The notes beneath the pieces were generated by a model. It made no database searches. It saw nothing but the letters and a program-made list of their open reading frames with translations, and was not told the origin of the DNA. Below are positions 53,112-64,000 of a DNA stretch of 64,000 nucleotides, piece by piece. Positions within the stretch are counted from its first letter, which is position 1; each line of letters begins with the position of its first letter. The translations under genes were made by a program, and so were the position numbers. The DNA lies in the NCBI RefSeq assembly GCF_006345805.1, contig NC_042997.1:11470001-11534000 (forward strand), given 5' to 3'. This stretch comes from Octopus sinensis. Its lineage: Eukaryota.

Positions 53112-56100
53112 TCACACGGTTCCTTGCACGCACAACACTCGTGCAACATACTTCCATCTCTTTTGGAACGTACACTCTGACAGACACCTCTTCTCCAGCC
53201 ACAGTTTCCTTTTCAAATGAAAAGAAAAAAAGGATCGTAAATTGTCACCAGAGATAAAGTTGCCTGTCTTAATTCCTTTTATCCTAGTATTCCATACAGC
53301 CTCTTTTGCTATTGCTACAACCGTGAGAAAACAATTCTTACCTTCGTTCGTTAGAACTCCCGGTGGGTCAATTTTTATAATTGACTCAGTCGACAGCCGT
53401 ACTCTTCCTTCGCCGGACAACAGATGTTCAGCATAAGCCCACATTTCAGTTATCTCCGGACACTGAACAATAGCGTGAGGGACGGTTTCCCTGTCCCCAC
53501 CGCATCTTGGACAGGTCGGCGACTGACGTTTACCATGTCTTGCGAGCTTATCCCAAACGGGCAAGGCACCTCTGTAGCATTGCCAGGTTAAGGACTTTTG
53601 GAAGTTGTCCAACGTTCTCAACCCGAATGTACGATGAAACAAGCTGTCCAGTTGAATAAATCCGAGACCTAGAGTCGACCCCAGGCCATCGTCGCATTCA
53701 GACTCTACCAACCCACTATATAAAATCCGTGTGGAACCCCCACCGCTGGCGTTGCCCGAGCGCCGGAACAGCAAGAGGGCCTTACGGCACTCTTTATGCC
53801 ACTCACTCGACCTCGGTCTACGAGAACACCAGGCTTCCTGTTCGCAAAAACTCTTGAACTCAGGGAACATTTGTCTGGCCAGCGGAGACCACACCCGTTC
53901 ACTATCCAGGAGAATCCAGAGGTGCCTCAACCTCAACGCATGTCTGCGCATCATTAACCAAGGCATCCCTAAACCTCCATTTAAAGGCTTTTGACAGCAG
54001 ACAGAGCGTTTCACAAGTGGCGACCTGCCCTTCCACAAAAAGCGAAAGAGCTGTCTCTCCAACCTGATCAACCACGAATCCGGACAGGGCACGACAGTCA
54101 GGCGGTAGGTAATGACCGATGCGATAAACACATTGGCCACTTCCGCCCTCCCTTTCAGGGATAGCCACCGCCAAGACCAAGTCTTGACTACTGCAGCCAC
54201 CCTGCTCAATACCTCCGTCCAGTTCTTCTCTATCTGGAGGCCTGGTCCAAACCAGACTCCCAGCAACTTAACCGGTCCCTCCGTCCAGCGCCTAACAACA
54301 CTGTCTGAAGGCATCGACTTGCCAACCCAGGTGCCGAGCTGCAAGCCGACCGACTTTTCCCGGTTAATCTTTGCTCCTGCTACCTCCTCGTAAGCCTCAA
54401 TAGTCTTACCTACTTCACGTAGGCGTACCACTGTGGTTACACTGATAGTGATATCATCCGCGAAAGCCGTAACAAACTCCTCTAGTCCTGGTTCTCTCGG
54501 GATGCCACTCAACCTTTGCAGTAATGGCTCGAGAGCCATCACATACAAAAGTGGTGAAAGCGGACATCCTTGACGAACCGAGCGTCTGATGCAGAACGGC
54601 TTCGAAAGGAAACCGTTCACCCGAACTATCGAGTCAATGTTGTGGTACAAAGCGATAAACCACCCGAGGAAGCCAAGGCCCAGGCCAAACCGCGCAAGTA
54701 CAGTCGCTAGGTATCGATGGTCAACCCTATCAAAAGCTTTAGACTGGTCCAAATGCACCAATGCCCCACCTTTGCCAGATTTATTACCAAACCTCTCTAT
54801 GGTATAGCGAATAAGATGGAGGGTATCCTGAATGGTTCTGCCTGGGATGGCACATGTCTGTGCCTCCCCGACTATACCATTCGCGACACGCGCCAACCTT
54901 TTTGCTAGAACCTTGGCCAAAATCTTCACTTCTGCGTTTAACAGAGTGATGGGCCTGAAATTCTCTAGAACGTCCCCCTTGTCCGGGTCCTTTCTGACCA
55001 ACGTCACTACTCCCCGGCGCACAGATCTGGGGATAAACCCATTCTGTTTCCAGTTCGCGTACACGTCAGTCAGTAGTTGCCCGAACAAGTCTGGCATACA
55101 TTTATACAGCTCGTACGGAAGACCATCAAGTCCCGGTGACTTACCCGCTTTACAATCGGCCAAAGCCTCCATCACCTCCTCAAGTGTGATTGGCCCTTCG
55201 CAAGACTCCGCATCCGACCCCGAGAGGCACGGCAGCCCGGTAAGAAAGTCCTCGAGGGCTCTCCCACCACCAGGACCGCCGTCACCCCCGAACAGCTGGG
55301 CGAAGTACTCCCGAAAGACCTCACACATTTTCTCGGGTTCGTTTATCAAGACACCATTTTGATTCGTCAAAGACCGAATAGAGGAACTATTTCCTTGCCG
55401 AGCTTCCACCACTCGGGCCCATCCAGCGGCTTTGATTCCTTCACTTCCCATTGCACGTAACTTAGCTCTGGTAATACTTCCCATGTGGTGGGCTTCAAGA
55501 TGCTGGTTTAACTCCAGTCTTTTCACCCTCGCTTGGTCTGTATTACCAGTCCTCCAGGCTTCTTCTAGTTCCTTAACTAGACCATCTCCTATTTTACGTC
55601 CCTTCTTAGCTAAACTTATGCTAAACCTAATAGACTCATATTTGATGGCTCTTTTTAGGGCGTACCACCATTTGTTATTAATGATGGTACCTGTTAATGC
55701 CCTCTGTATTAACATCTTGATCCGCTTTCTGTACTCCTCAATCGCCAAAAGGGACGTATTGAGTTTCCAGTAGCCAGATCCCTGTCTATGCAACTTATCT
55801 ACCGTCAGTTTACAGGTAACCATCTTGTGGTCACTGTAGCTGACTAGAAAAAACTGTGGACACTCAACTATGGACTTATCTTTTTCTCTAATTAAAATCC
55901 TATCTAGATATGTTCTGGTAGACCCGTCACTATTTGACCACGTCCACTGTGGAGTGTTCGGGTGCTCCAACCTATATGGATCTGCTAGCTGAAATTGACT
56001 TAGCAGATCCCGAAAGCCTGTGTTACATTTTCTGTTCATGTTCGAGTTTGAGCCAACACATCTGTGTGTGCTGCACATATTGTATTAGAGTCTCCTAACA

Positions 56101-56512
56101 CTACTAGTGAATGCGACGTGGCTAGGAACTTTCCTAGGCCACGAAAATATTCAGTTTGCGGGCCAATAATGTTTGGTGCATAAATAGCGACCAGCCTGAT
56201 TGTCTTGCCACAACTGAATGTCAAGTCGAGAACGACCAGCCTGCCTTCTGGGTCAGAAAAAACCAACTTTTTCTCGGCTACCCGGTTTCTTTTTAGTAGG
56301 ACCAACACCCCACCCCCACCTCCCGCCCGACTCGGAGAAACGTATTTCTCGTAGCCGTTCAGGAGGGGGAGCAGATCTCTTGGCCCCTTCACCCGGGTTT
56401 CCGTTGCAACAATTACATCCAAATTTCTCGACCTGATGTCATTCAGAAAGCGTCCTTGCTTCCAGCTTGACAACAGGCCATGAACATTTAAACAACCAAT
56501 GTGAATAGCCAT
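53112..56512 (-). CDS. Tx1-like ORF2 (APE endonuclease, reverse transcriptase, Cys-rich domain); one 1-nt frameshift near 56060
   Basis: ORFs 56036-56515 and 53112-56078 overlap in different frames within the APE domain; first ATG at 56512. Confidence 0.9.
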
Positions 56513-56523
56513 CACTTACCTGT

Positions 56524-58052
56524 TTAATTAGGATTGTCCGGTGGAGGGGGACCCTCCACCTTTTTTTTATCCAGGGTCGGAGGTGGACGGTCTTGGGAAA
56601 TAGATTTGTCAAAATCCCGTCTCACCACCGACACAGAATTATCAGGTGGAGGGGGAATCTCCACCTTTTCCTTTTCTCGCGGGATCGGAGCTGGTAATCC
56701 ATGAAATATCGACTTGTTAAAATCTAATCTCAATGAAGATACAGTCTTTCTGTACTTATTTTGTAGAATTCTATAAGTCTTATTTGAGACTTCATATATG
56801 TCGTAATTGATAAATTCCTCTGAAAGGTTATCAATTTTTTTACAGTCTTTATGAGTTGAATGTCTCTCATGAGCTCAGTATCTTTAGTGTATACGGCTAT
56901 TATGCCTTTTTCTTCTTTTTCTCTTCTGGCAGTCTTTTTTGGTCGTTGTTCTGTAGTAGTCGCCGCTCTCGGCTGGGTTGCTGGTTGTATTTTTCTTTTG
57001 TTTGTTGTTTTTTTCTCATCTGTTTCTTCTTTATCTTCTTCCTCTTTTTCTTTTTTCTCCTCTTCCTCCTCTTCTTCATTTTCCTTGCAGTTCCTTCGAA
57101 TGTGGCCTAATTGACCACATAAAAAACATCGAGGTTTTCGGCCCTCAACAAACACCACGAGGTTCTCCTCCCCTACCTCAATTGTCTCAGGAATTGTTTG
57201 AATTATTTTAGGGTCCGCTTGAATGAGAAGATTAATTGTTTTACCATCCCAGCGTGGGTTTTCCGTAGCGGTAGCCTGGAGGAGAGTAATTTTTTCTACC
57301 TCTTTGATTAGGACTGCCGCCAACAACCACATAGGTTCGACCTCTGGCGGGACCCTTGTAATTTTTATTCGCGACGTCCTCATCCCCATATAATAGGGTA
57401 TTAACTCCACGTCGTTCGTTTTCAACGTTTCCACTGAGTTCTTGTGTGCTATTTCTTTATTGGTGAACCTTACTTCCACCGTTCCGAATTTTTTTCCTCT
57501 TCTCAGAAATACTACGTCGCCCAATATTGGCTTTAAGCACTTTTCTATTTTCTCTTCTGACATTCTTTCAATTTTTCTATTTTGTAGACAATATGTTTTG
57601 AAAATTATTGTTTTTTGCTTTTCTTCCTGTAATAACTTTTGCGGAGGTTCAATTTTCACACTGTTGTCATTTATTTCCATCATTTTGCTGTATTTCATAA
57701 TTTCGCTTTTATTCGTCGACAGTATCTGGGTTCCACCCCCAGCAGCCAACGCAAAACTTTTTTTTCCATTTTTTGGTTCTATCTGGATGCTAGGCACATC
57801 AATTATTCTCTTCGACACAATGCCTTTGTTCTCTGGCAAAGTCGGAAACTCTTCTGGTGAAAGTTCTGACGAGCTCTCAGACACATCTCCAAAAATATCA
57901 AATATATTATCCTCTCTGCTATTCCTTCTTGTAGCGGGGGAAACCCCTATTTCCTTGTCTGTAGTTGGCTCCTCGCCGGACATGTATTTCCTCCTCTCAA
58001 CAGGAGAAACAAGTATTTCTGCTCCAACGGTAGGCTCCATGCTAGACGACAT
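56524..58052 (-). CDS. Tx1-like ORF1 (gag-like, CX2CX4HX4C knuckle); probable 1-nt frameshift at an A-run near 56760
   Basis: 449-aa ORF 56730-58079 (first ATG 58052). Adding one A at tac-aaaa gives YKNKYRK..., continuing into ORF 56524-56733, which ends just before ORF2. Confidence 0.82.
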
Positions 58053-58601
58053 TCTTCCCCCCAAAGGGGGAATGAACAACGCGTGCTACCACAAGCACTA
58101 AGTGTTTTCAATTGAAAACTCCAACAGTTAAGTTATTCAACAGTTTAACAAGAAACAACAGTTGTTAACAATATTAACACCACGAAACAGCAATTCTTAC
58201 TTCACGAACACATGCGCGGCAGACGAAATACGGCTACGCATTTCGCCCGGCGTGCTAACGTTTCTGCCAGCTCGCCGCCTTCCACTAAGCCACGTGCCAC
58301 CACAGATGAACTGATGTATTGCAGAATAATTGTGTTGTGTCTCAAAGCACCAGAAACACGTGGAAAAGATTTGCTCCTTGTCAGCTTCTCTTACTACACT
58401 ACCTTCCACTTTGTCTCATATTTAGATTTCCACCAATCCCTTTTCTGTAGAATCTAACAGTGTTACTGCTCAAAATGAGTCGTGCAAACTTCACCTATTT
58501 ACACATAATTTCAGCTTATGTTTCAGGTAATCCCAGAATGCTATGCACATTGCATTTCCTTCTTAGTCTGGCCAACAAAATGGCGATGACTTTACGTAAT
58601 A

Positions 58602-58821
58602 CAGTAATCCCTCGCCATAACGCGGTTCACCTATCGCGTTTTATTATTTAGGCTCACGTCGATTCCTCTGCGGTGTTGTTTTGCATTTATAATAAAATAA
58701 ATATATACAAATTATAAGAATAAAAAAATATATACAGTACAGTACTATTTCTACTTCACGGATTTTCACATATTGTGGGTTTTTTTAGAACGTAACACCC
58801 GCGATAGTCGAGTGATTACTG
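58602..58821. mobile_element. pogo/Tigger-like MITE
   Basis: TA flanks; TIRs cagtaatccctcg / cgagtgattactg. Confidence 0.75.
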
Positions 58822-59860
58822 TAGACAACAAAACATGAGACCCTTCAGGCGGTCTCCTAGTTTGCTAGAAATGGCAGTCAAATCTGTCTCAAGCCATATT
58901 CTATTATTTAAAGCAAAGGGCGAAAAAAACCCCCAACAAAATCGGATGACATATTGGTCAATGCATTCCCTGGTATACATAAACGACAGTTGCGCATCGA
59001 TGGAATTCCTATAAACATATATATATGTACTATAAGAGTTAACTTGGTAATAAACAAAAACGAGAACTATATATATATATATATAAGAATGTAAATCTTG
59101 CACGAAAAAATCCAGTGATTATAAACGCCTCGGAGAGAAACATTTAGAGGCTAAGTAACAATAGAATTGTAATTTTGATCTAGTTGGCTTTGATTGCTAA
59201 TTAGATCAAAATCATGATCTATCGTTCGTTAGAATCCACGAAATAATGCCACAAGCAAAAAAAAAAAAATGTCACAGAAAAAAAATTACAACACACACAC
59301 ACACACACACACACACGTACACCACACGCGCGTATATATTTCAATACCTTACGTAAAAGCTTGTTACATTGTTTTATTTAAGATATTGAATAAAATGTGA
59401 TTTTTTTTCCCCATATACATATAACGCCATTATATAAATTGTGTAGGCATTGTGTGAAAGTCATGTATTTTTACATGAAAAGTGACTTAAAATATTGTCT
59501 ATTTAATTACTTTAACCATTATATATGGTATTTCAGTGAAATCTCACTCTTTCTCTATTCCTAGCCACAATTACGTCTATTTTTCTGTGACTACAGAATT
59601 GTTCACCGCTTGTTAGACCCACATGTATTCTTATAGACTAGAAATAGTTACTTGTGTACAATTCATTATATGGTATAGTGCAACACATTATAGAGTTCAT
59701 TGAGTATTTTTGAAATGTCATACAGTGCTCTGTCGTGCAGTGTAGCCTAACTGCGTAGCCAAATATTATAACAGTAGTGTTTAAGGCGGCAAACTGGTAG
59801 ACTCGTTGCCATGCCGGAGAGATGCCTAGCATCTTTATTCGTGCAAGATTTACATAATAT

Positions 59861-60465
59861 AAGGCGGTGAGCTGGCAGAATCGTTATCATGCCGGACAAA
59901 ATGTTTAGTAGCATTTCGTCCGTCTTTACGCTCTGAGTTCAAATTCAGCCGAGGTCGACTTTGCCTTTCATCCTTTCGGGGTCGATAAATTAAGTACCAG
60001 TTGCATGCTGTGGTCGATGTAATCGACTGGTCCCTTCCCCCCAAATTTCGGGCCTTTTTGCCTAGTGTAAAAAAAGAATCGTCATCACACCGGACGAAAT
60101 GTTTAGCGACATTTCGTCCGTCTTTACGTTCTGAGTTCAAATTCCGCCGAGGTCGACTTTGCCTTTCATCTTTTCGGGGTCGATAAATTAAGTACCAGTT
60201 GCATACTGGGTCGATCTAATCTACTGCCCCCTCCCCCCAAATTTCGGTTCTTGTGCCTAGAGTAGAAAAAGAATCGTTACCATGCCGGACAAAATGTTTA
60301 GCGGTATTTCGTCCGTCTTTACATTTTGAGTTCGAATTCCACCATTGTCAACTTTACCCTTCATTCTTTAGTGGTCAGTAAAATAATTACCAGTTAAGCA
60401 CTGGAGTCGTTGCAATCGATTTATCCTTCCTTCAAATGTTCAGGCTTTGTACCTATTAGTAGAAT
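59861..60465 (+). mobile_element. Head-to-tail trimer of SINE family A'
   Basis: Tails ...cctagwgtaraaaa join agaatcgt at ~60075 and ~60270. Confidence 0.82.
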
Positions 60466-61104
60466 TATTGTAGTAGTAGTAGTGTTTAGTATTGTCATTG
60501 TTTAGTTGTAGGTCAGCTGTTATTGAACAGACCTCTGATGAGTGTTCCAACCTTGACTTACTCAGTTTATTGTATATCAGGCAACTAAAACGTCCAAGTA
60601 ACCGTCTATGTTTAAGACGGTAGGAGATGCTTCAAAGGAAGTGGTGACCGGTAATGAAGTCACAGTAATAAAGTCACAATTTTAACTAGGAAAAAGTCAC
60701 AGGAAAAAAGTCACAATTAATTTATGCGATCCGGAAACAAAAAAAAACCTAGGACAAGACCTCCTCGGGCACCCCCGGACAAAATCCATGTGACCTTTTT
60801 CCTGTGACATTTTTTTTTAGCCTGGATTCGAAGGAAGTTTAGCTACTGTTCTTAACAAGTCGAATAACCACTTAGATAGGGGATCGGGAAAATTTTCAAC
60901 CAATTACCCCAAAATATATTTATTTACGCCGACGTTACCCCCTGGATTTGAAAGGAAGAAAATCATAGATTCTTTGAATTCAAATGGTATATTGAATCTG
61001 TTTTATTGAATCTATCTATATGAATCTATTTAACATCCATTACATTGGACAGATGCAGAGTTGCCAGAAGAAAAGTTTATGTGGTAACAAGGAATACGTT
61101 TTTC

Positions 61105-61450
61105 ATATAGTTTTGCTTATGTCTAATGAGTTCTCATTACTCCCAAGAATTTCATTTTTGCCCCACTCGGAGTAATTTACTCCGGTTCGCCGACCCTCGT
61201 TGGATCGTTTGGGGTTCTTTTCTTCTTTACTTGTTTCATTCATTGGACTGCGGCCATCCTGGGAGCACCGCTTTGAAGGGTTTAATCGAACAAATTGACC
61301 CCAGCAGTTAGTTGTTTTTAACCCTGGCACACTTATTCTATCATTCTCCTTTGCCGGACCGCTAAGGTAGGGAGACGTAAACAAACCAACTCCGTTGTCA
61401 AGCGGTGCTGGTGATCGGGAACAAACACAGTCACAAAGACGCACGTACAT
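61105..61450 (-). mobile_element. SINE family D, 3' half
   Basis: Homology to the tail half of 36944-37430. Confidence 0.7.
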
Positions 61451-61734
61451 AGATTATTGATAATACTCTATAATCAGTGGATTGAGCATTAGTGAAGACC
61501 TGGGGGCCGATTTAATCACCTGAAATTCCTCTCCTAAAACTCAGATTTTGAGTGAGTCTGTATTAGAAATTAATAAAGTCGGGATTCCAATAGATTTCAT
61601 TTGTTCCATTCATAACTCCGTTGACGTATACGTCTACCGGCTGGCCGGTTGACTGGCAGGCAGGCTTCTTGCTGGTATGACGTGGAGGGAGACACGTTGC
61701 CAAACGTCTACTGCTGTTATTGGGGATGCAGCAT

Positions 61735-61750
61735 CAACTACTACCACCAT

Positions 61751-61800
<50 letters not shown>

Positions 61801-61925
61801 TCCACACTACTACTACTACTAATACTAACCACCACACTACTACTACTACTACAACCACCACTACTACCACCACCTCCACTACTACAACCGCCACTTCCAC
61901 CAGCACCGCCAACAGTAGCACGATG

Positions 61926-61965
<40 letters not shown>

Positions 61966-62123
61966 TCCACACTACTACTACTAACCACCACACTACTACA
62001 ACAACAACAACTACTACTACTACTACTACTAACCACCACACTACTACTACAACCACCACTACTACCACCACCTCCACAACTACAACCGCCACTTCCACCA
62101 GCACCGCCAACAGTAGCACGATG

Positions 62124-62207
<84 letters not shown>

Positions 62208-62280
62208 AACCACCACTACTACCACCACCTCCACAACTACAACCGCCACTTCCACCAGCACCGCCAACAGTAGCACGATG

Positions 62281-62321
<41 letters not shown>

Positions 62322-62330
62322 AGCTACTGC
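61735..62330. repeat. (ACT/ACC)n compound repeat with three copies of a ~70-bp block
   Basis: ...acaaccgccacttccaccagcaccgccaacagtagcacgatg... occurs three times; the poly-T/V ORFs are its translation. Confidence 0.9.
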
Positions 62331-62543
62331 TGCTACAATTGTTGCTGCGGGTGTCGTTGTCAGTGTCAACGTTAGTTCTGGTTTTCGTTTCGGCTTTGGC
62401 TTTCATTACTGAAAAGTTTTCTTTGCCAAAACCTGAAACCAAAAATAAAGTTTTGTTATAACCACATTTCTATTAACATCTTTTTTTTTTCGCAACACGT
62501 CTCCCTCTTTCTCACTCTCTCTTTCTCTCTCCATACCACACAC

Positions 62544-62579
<36 letters not shown>

Positions 62580-63039
62580 ACTTTTGTATTCTTACACTAT
62601 CATCCATTATCCACCAAAACAAAAGGAAACAAAACGAAACTATAGAAATGAAACATAAGTAAAAACTAAAATGAAATAAAATAAAAACAAAAAAAAACAA
62701 AAATATAATCACCTTCACATGAAAAGATGCACGCAAAACTTGAGGTCAAAATAAAGACATTTGGCACATCCTCGATGTGCGTGAAACTGAGACAATGTGA
62801 GGAGATATTCATAGCATTTCCTTGAAGTAGCTTGGTGAGAGAAGCAAGCCATCCATACTGCCAGTCATTTTCGGAAGCACAATAAGCTTGCTGAAGGCTT
62901 TGGAGAGGAAGGACAGAGTTACGTTGTATACATATCTGCAACAAATAGTCTTATATTTATGTAGGCATTTCTGTCTGTCTGTCTGTCAGTCAGTCTGTCT
63001 GTCTGTCTGTCTGTCCGCCTGTCTGTCTGTCTGTCTGCC

Positions 63040-63072
<33 letters not shown>

Positions 63073-63675
63073 GCCTGTCTGCCTATCTACCTACCTATCT
63101 CTTTTCTTCATATATGCAAGCACGCGCACACACGCACATACATTCATACGTACACGCACGTGTGTGTATGTATATATAGATATATACACACAGACTTACA
63201 TATATATATATATATATATATATGCATACGCATATATATATATACACATATGATAAAACTCACATACATACCCACATACATACATGCACACACATATCTA
63301 TCTATCTATCTATGAAATGTGAAGTAAACCGTATTTTGTAAATGTGAGTATGTGAGTCTGTGTTAAATTGTTTATGCGTGTATCAGAGAGAAGGGAGAAA
63401 GGGAGGGAAAAAGAGAGAAGGTGTGTGTGATGAAAAGCAGAGAAAGAAAGGGAGTGAGAGTGAGAGATAAAGAGAGAAAGAGAGAGAGCGAGAGAGAGAA
63501 AGAGAGCTTATGGCTTGAAATGTAAGAATAAGTTGATTTGAGCACTGACAAAACTGAGGGCATCTATTTTGTGTATGAAATATATACATACATACATACA
63601 TACATACAAACAAGTATATATACATGCATATACATATATATATATATGTATATTATGTATATATATATATGCATG

Positions 63676-63712
<37 letters not shown>

Positions 63713-63789
63713 ACATATATATATATGTATACATACATATATATATATATTATATATATATATATATGTATATATATACGTATATATAT

Positions 63790-63855
<66 letters not shown>

Positions 63856-64000
63856 GTGTGTGTGTGCGCGCGTGTGTGTATGTATGCACATACATACATT
63901 AGAAGAGACAAGCAGAGAGAAATAGACACAGACAGAGAGAAGAGACAAAAGAGGGAAGAAGGCAAGGAGAGAGAGAGAGAGAGGGAGAGCAGGAAAGAAA

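Larger units (their letters stand above)
52866..58216 (-). mobile_element. Full-length L1/Tx1-clade non-LTR retrotransposon, 5351 bp, 16-bp TSD
   Basis: TSD cggcagacgaaatacg (52850-52865, 58217-58232); ORF1 with a CCHC knuckle; ORF2 with APE (LNVHGL, VATET, AIYAP, LGDSN, YSDH), RT (FRPITLLN, DQSKAFD, RQGCPLSP, FADD) and C-terminal CPRC..ETVPHAIVQC. Confidence 0.95.

Noticed and set aside
53242-55773. Plus-strand ORFs over the Tx1 element
   Set aside because: They are antisense shadows of ORF2 with no independent motifs.
61677-62273. Thr-rich mucin-like ORF
   Set aside because: It is a compound (ACT/ACC)n repeat, open on both strands, with no flanking coding context.

Overview
Repeat-dense, AT-rich animal genomic DNA with no recognisable host protein-coding gene. 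The SINE repertoire and microsatellite load suggest a cephalopod (octopus-like) genome, which is an inference. Most ORFs in the supplied track are translations of microsatellites. The real content is: (1) an 8-kb tandem array of a 151-bp monomer (~53 copies, 4160-12150), in which every monomer carries a minimal type-I hammerhead-like fold on the minus strand with a non-canonical core, and which runs directly into the start codon of an internally deleted R4/Dong-type LINE; (2) a cluster of further R4/Dong (REL-endonuclease) LINE fragments (12.7-19.0 kb) and another REL-LINE relic (~48.3-49.4 kb); (3) a near-intact, full-length L1/Tx1-clade LINE (52866-58216, minus strand) with a 16-bp TSD, which shares its 3' tail with the commonest SINE family here and is inserted inside a copy of that SINE, itself inserted in another SINE; (4) many tRNA-derived SINEs of about five families, several as head-to-tail dimers or trimers with recurrent junctions; (5) an internally deleted mariner and three MITEs with TIRs and TSDs; (6) an isolated hammerhead ribozyme with a canonical core (21393-21491, minus strand); (7) abundant simple and compound microsatellites. 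SINE family letters (A, A', B-F) are my working labels. All coordinates and alignments were read by eye.
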